DNA from: an uncultured delta proteobacterium
Lineage (GTDB): Bacteria > Myxococcota_A > UBA9160 > UBA4427
Assembly (NCBI GenBank): GCA_963822965.1
Contig: CAWGJT010000008.1
Location: 1-64,000, forward strand
DNA: 64,000 nt
Direction: 5' to 3'
Positions 61,296 through 64,000 of the stretch are shown here, in pieces. Every line of letters begins with the position of its first letter. Position 1 is the stretch's first letter. The position numbers and the translations under genes are program-made. Below the pieces are notes generated by a model. The model had not been told where the DNA came from and did no database searches. It was given only the letters and a program-made list of their open reading frames with translations.

Positions 61296-64000
61296 ATGCC
61301 CCGGATCCTCAGCGCACTCTTCTTCCTCTCCGGCGGAGCCGCGCTGCTGTTCGAGACGCTGTGGTTCCGCCAGGCCGGTCTCGCCTTCGGCAACAGCGTG
61401 TGGGCGTCGAGCCTGGTGCTCGGAAGCTTCATGGCCGGGCTGGCGCTCGGGAACGCCTGCATGGCGCGGTACGGCGACCGCGTTCGGCACCCGGTGCGTC
61501 TCTACGCCGGCCTCGAGGCGGCGATCGGCCTGGCCGGGGTGACGCTGGTGCTGGTGCTGCCGACCCTTGGCGCATGGTGCGCGCCGATCTTCCGGCCGCT
61601 GCTCGACCATCCCTGGCTGCTGAACCCGTTGCGGCTCGGGCTGGGCTTCGGGCTCCTGGTGGTTCCCGCGACGGCGATGGGCGCCACCCTGCCGGTCCTC
61701 GTGAAGGTGCTGATGTCCTGGGATGCAAGCTTCGGCTCCGCGCTCGGGCGTCTCTACGGCTGGAACACCCTGGGCGCGGTGTTCGGCGCGGTCGGGGGCG
61801 AGGTGTTCCTGGTGGGTCGGTTGGGCGTGCACGGGACGGCCTGGGTGGCCGCGGGCCTGAACGCCGTGGCCGCCGGGGTCGCGTTCGTCCTCTCCCGGGG
61901 TCGTCCGCGGGTCGAGGCCCCGAAGCTCCCGGTGGCCCGCGAGCCTCCACCCGGGATCGACGCGGTCGGGCGCCGCGTCCTCGCCGCGACCTTCGTGGCG
62001 GGTGGCGTGCTTCTCGCCTTCGAGGTGGTCTGGTTCCGCTTCCTGCGTCTGTTCGTCAACGCCACGAGCGTGGTGTTCGCCATCCTGCTCGCGGTGGTGC
62101 TCGCCGGCATCGCCCTCGGCGGCTTCGCCGCGGCGCGCTGGCTCCGCCGCGACGCGGCCGCCCCGCGGCACACCGCCATGCTCGCGTCGTTGTCGGGGGC
62201 CCTGGCGATCGCGCTCTACGGGCTCTTCTCGCTCCCCCTCTCGCTCCAGCCCAACTACCAGCTGTCGAGCCCGGACGTCATCGTCGAGCTTTCGCTGACG
62301 CTGATGTTTCCCGTCGCGCTGCTCTCGGGGATCCTCTTCCCGTTCATGGGAGTGTTGCTGCAGGAGCGGCTGTCGGCGGAGACCCGAGCCGCCGGTCTGC
62401 TCACGCTCGCGAACACCCTGGGCGCGGCTCTCGGCTCCGCGCTCGGCGGCTTCGTGCTGCTCCCGGTGCTGGGCATGGAGAGGTCGTTCTGCGTGCTGGG
62501 CGCCGCCTACGGCGGCGTCGCGCTGCTGGTCTGGAACGCGGCTCCGACCCCGCTCTCGCGACTCGGGAGCCGGGCGCGTATCGGAGCGGCTGGCGCCCTG
62601 GCGGGGGCGCTCGTGCTGTTTCCGGCGGGGAAGATGCAGCGCGTCTACCTACCCACGTCGATCGGTCGCTGGGACCCCGATCACACCGAGCAGGTCGTGG
62701 CCGTTCGTGAGGGTACGACGGAGACCAGCGTCTACCTCCGTAAGGCGGTGGACGACGAGACCATCCAGTACCGCTTGCTGACCGACGGCTTCGCGATGTC
62801 CGGTACCTGGGCGTTCTCACGTCGCTACCAGAAGCTCTACGTCTATTGGCCCGTGGCCGTGCACCCGGCACCCCGCCGGGCGCTGGTAATCAGCTACGGT
62901 GTCGGCTCCACCGCGAAGGCGCTCGTCGACACGGTCGCTCTCGAGCAGATCGACGTCGTGGACATCTCCCGCGACCTCCTCGAGATGTCGCACATCGTCT
63001 ACCCCGATCCGTCGGAAGATCCGCTCCGCGATCCGCGCGTGCGCGTGCACGTGGAGGACGGGCGCTTCTTCCTGCAGGTCACCGCCGAGCGCTACGACAT
63101 CATCACCGGCGAGCCGCCACCGCCGAAGAACGCCGGCGTCGTGAACCTGTACACGCGGGAGTACTTCCAGCTCATCCACGACCGCCTCGCGCCCGGGGGT
63201 ATCGCGACCTACTGGCTGCCCGTCCACAACACCCTCGAGTCCGACACGAAGGCGATCGTGGGGGCGTTCTGCGAGGTCTTCGCGGACTGCAGCCTGTGGA
63301 GCGGAATCGATCTCGACTGGATGCTGGTCGGCTCGCGTCGGGCGCAGTGGACCCGATCCGAGTCCCTCTTCGTCCGGCAGTGGAGCGACCCGGGGGTGGC
63401 GTCCGAGCTGCGCGCCGTGGGTGTGGAGGTTCCGGAGCAGCTCGGCGCGCTCTTCATCGCCGACGCCGCGCAGCTCGGTCGCTTCATCGCCGACACGCCC
63501 CCTCTCACCGACGACTGGCCAAAACGTCTCGGCGACGGCGAGCAGACGGTCGAGGACGCGCGCGAGACCTACCGAGACTGGCTGGACGCCGGCGCCAATC
63601 GCAGACGCTTCCTCGCGAGTCGCTTCATCGTCGAGGTCTGGCCCCCCGCCCTCCGTGAGCGTTCGCTGCCCTACTTCGACCTCGATCGCATGGTCGAGGA
63701 CAGCTTCGTCGGCAAGCCGATGCCCTTCACGGATCGGCTGCGTCGCGTCGAGCGACTCCTTCGTGAGACGTCCCTCGAGACCCTTCCGCTCTGGTGCCTG
63801 GAGGTGTCGGGCGACGGACTCCGGGCGGTGCAGGCGCTGCTCGCGCGGGGCGTTCCCGACGAGCGCTTCATCGAGCCCCTGGCGCGCGCGGCCGTCGCAC
63901 GGCGCGACCTGGAGCAGGCGCTCCTGCTGCTCGAGCGGATCGACCGGCCGCGCGATCGCGATCTCATCTACCTGCGCGGATTGCTCCTCGCCCTGACGGG
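61296..64000 (+). CDS. Fused MFS-like membrane/spermidine synthase protein (runs off the window)
   Basis: MPRILSALFFLSGGAALLFE.. many TM segments; YGVGST, EDGRFFL, EPPPP, LYTREYF; absent from the ORF track because there is no stop. Confidence 0.88.
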   Translation, partial: MPRILSALFFLSGGAALLFETLWFRQAGLAFGNSVWASSLVLGSFMAGLALGNACMARYGDRVRHPVRLYAGLEAAIGLAGVTLVLVLPTLGAWCAPIFRPLLDHPWLLNPLRLGLGFGLLVVPATAMGATLPVLVKVLMSWDASFGSALGRLYGWNTLGAVFGAVGGEVFLVGRLGVHGTAWVAAGLNAVAAGVAFVLSRGRPRVEAPKLPVAREPPPGIDAVGRRVLAATFVAGGVLLAFEVVWFRFLRLFVNATSVVFAILLAVVLAGIALGGFAAARWLRRDAAAPRHTAMLASLSGALAIALYGLFSLPLSLQPNYQLSSPDVIVELSLTLMFPVALLSGILFPFMGVLLQERLSAETRAAGLLTLANTLGAALGSALGGFVLLPVLGMERSFCVLGAAYGGVALLVWNAAPTPLSRLGSRARIGAAGALAGALVLFPAGKMQRVYLPTSIGRWDPDHTEQVVAVREGTTETSVYLRKAVDDETIQYRLLTDGFAMSGTWAFSRRYQKLYVYWPVAVHPAPRRALVISYGVGSTAKALVDTVALEQIDVVDISRDLLEMSHIVYPDPSEDPLRDPRVRVHVEDGRFFLQVTAERYDIITGEPPPPKNAGVVNLYTREYFQLIHDRLAPGGIATYWLPVHNTLESDTKAIVGAFCEVFADCSLWSGIDLDWMLVGSRRAQWTRSESLFVRQWSDPGVASELRAVGVEVPEQLGALFIADAAQLGRFIADTPPLTDDWPKRLGDGEQTVEDARETYRDWLDAGANRRRFLASRFIVEVWPPALRERSLPYFDLDRMVEDSFVGKPMPFTDRLRRVERLLRETSLETLPLWCLEVSGDGLRAVQALLARGVPDERFIEPLARAAVARRDLEQALLLLERIDRPRDRDLIYLRGLLLALT

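Overview
GC-rich bacterial DNA; a Myxococcota/Deltaproteobacteria-like host is my inference from gene content. It has two parts. (1) ~1-17.2 kb is an integron gene-cassette array with about 16 attC sites. The sites are canonical on the left (RYYYAAC...GCCGCTGAACGCCGATCCGTTRRRY) and progressively decayed to the right. No intI/attI is visible in the window. Four IS110/IS1111-family elements of three types sit inside attC sites. Their non-coding regions contain short motifs that match the attC target flanks and the IS ends, consistent with bridge/seek RNAs programmed against attC. Two related copies carry a ~500-nt NCR with three guide-like modules instead of the usual two. One 2.3-kb cassette holds a three-gene unit (HEPN-like+wHTH, wHTH, DUF3825) that is a candidate undescribed defence system. 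Several attC loops carry a conserved extended -10-like motif. (2) ~17.5-64 kb holds a frameshifted arylsulfatase, many small accessory enzyme and membrane genes, uvrA, surA, a MocR regulator and a partial spermidine-synthase/MFS fusion. All protein family calls come from reading motifs by eye; no database searches were run.
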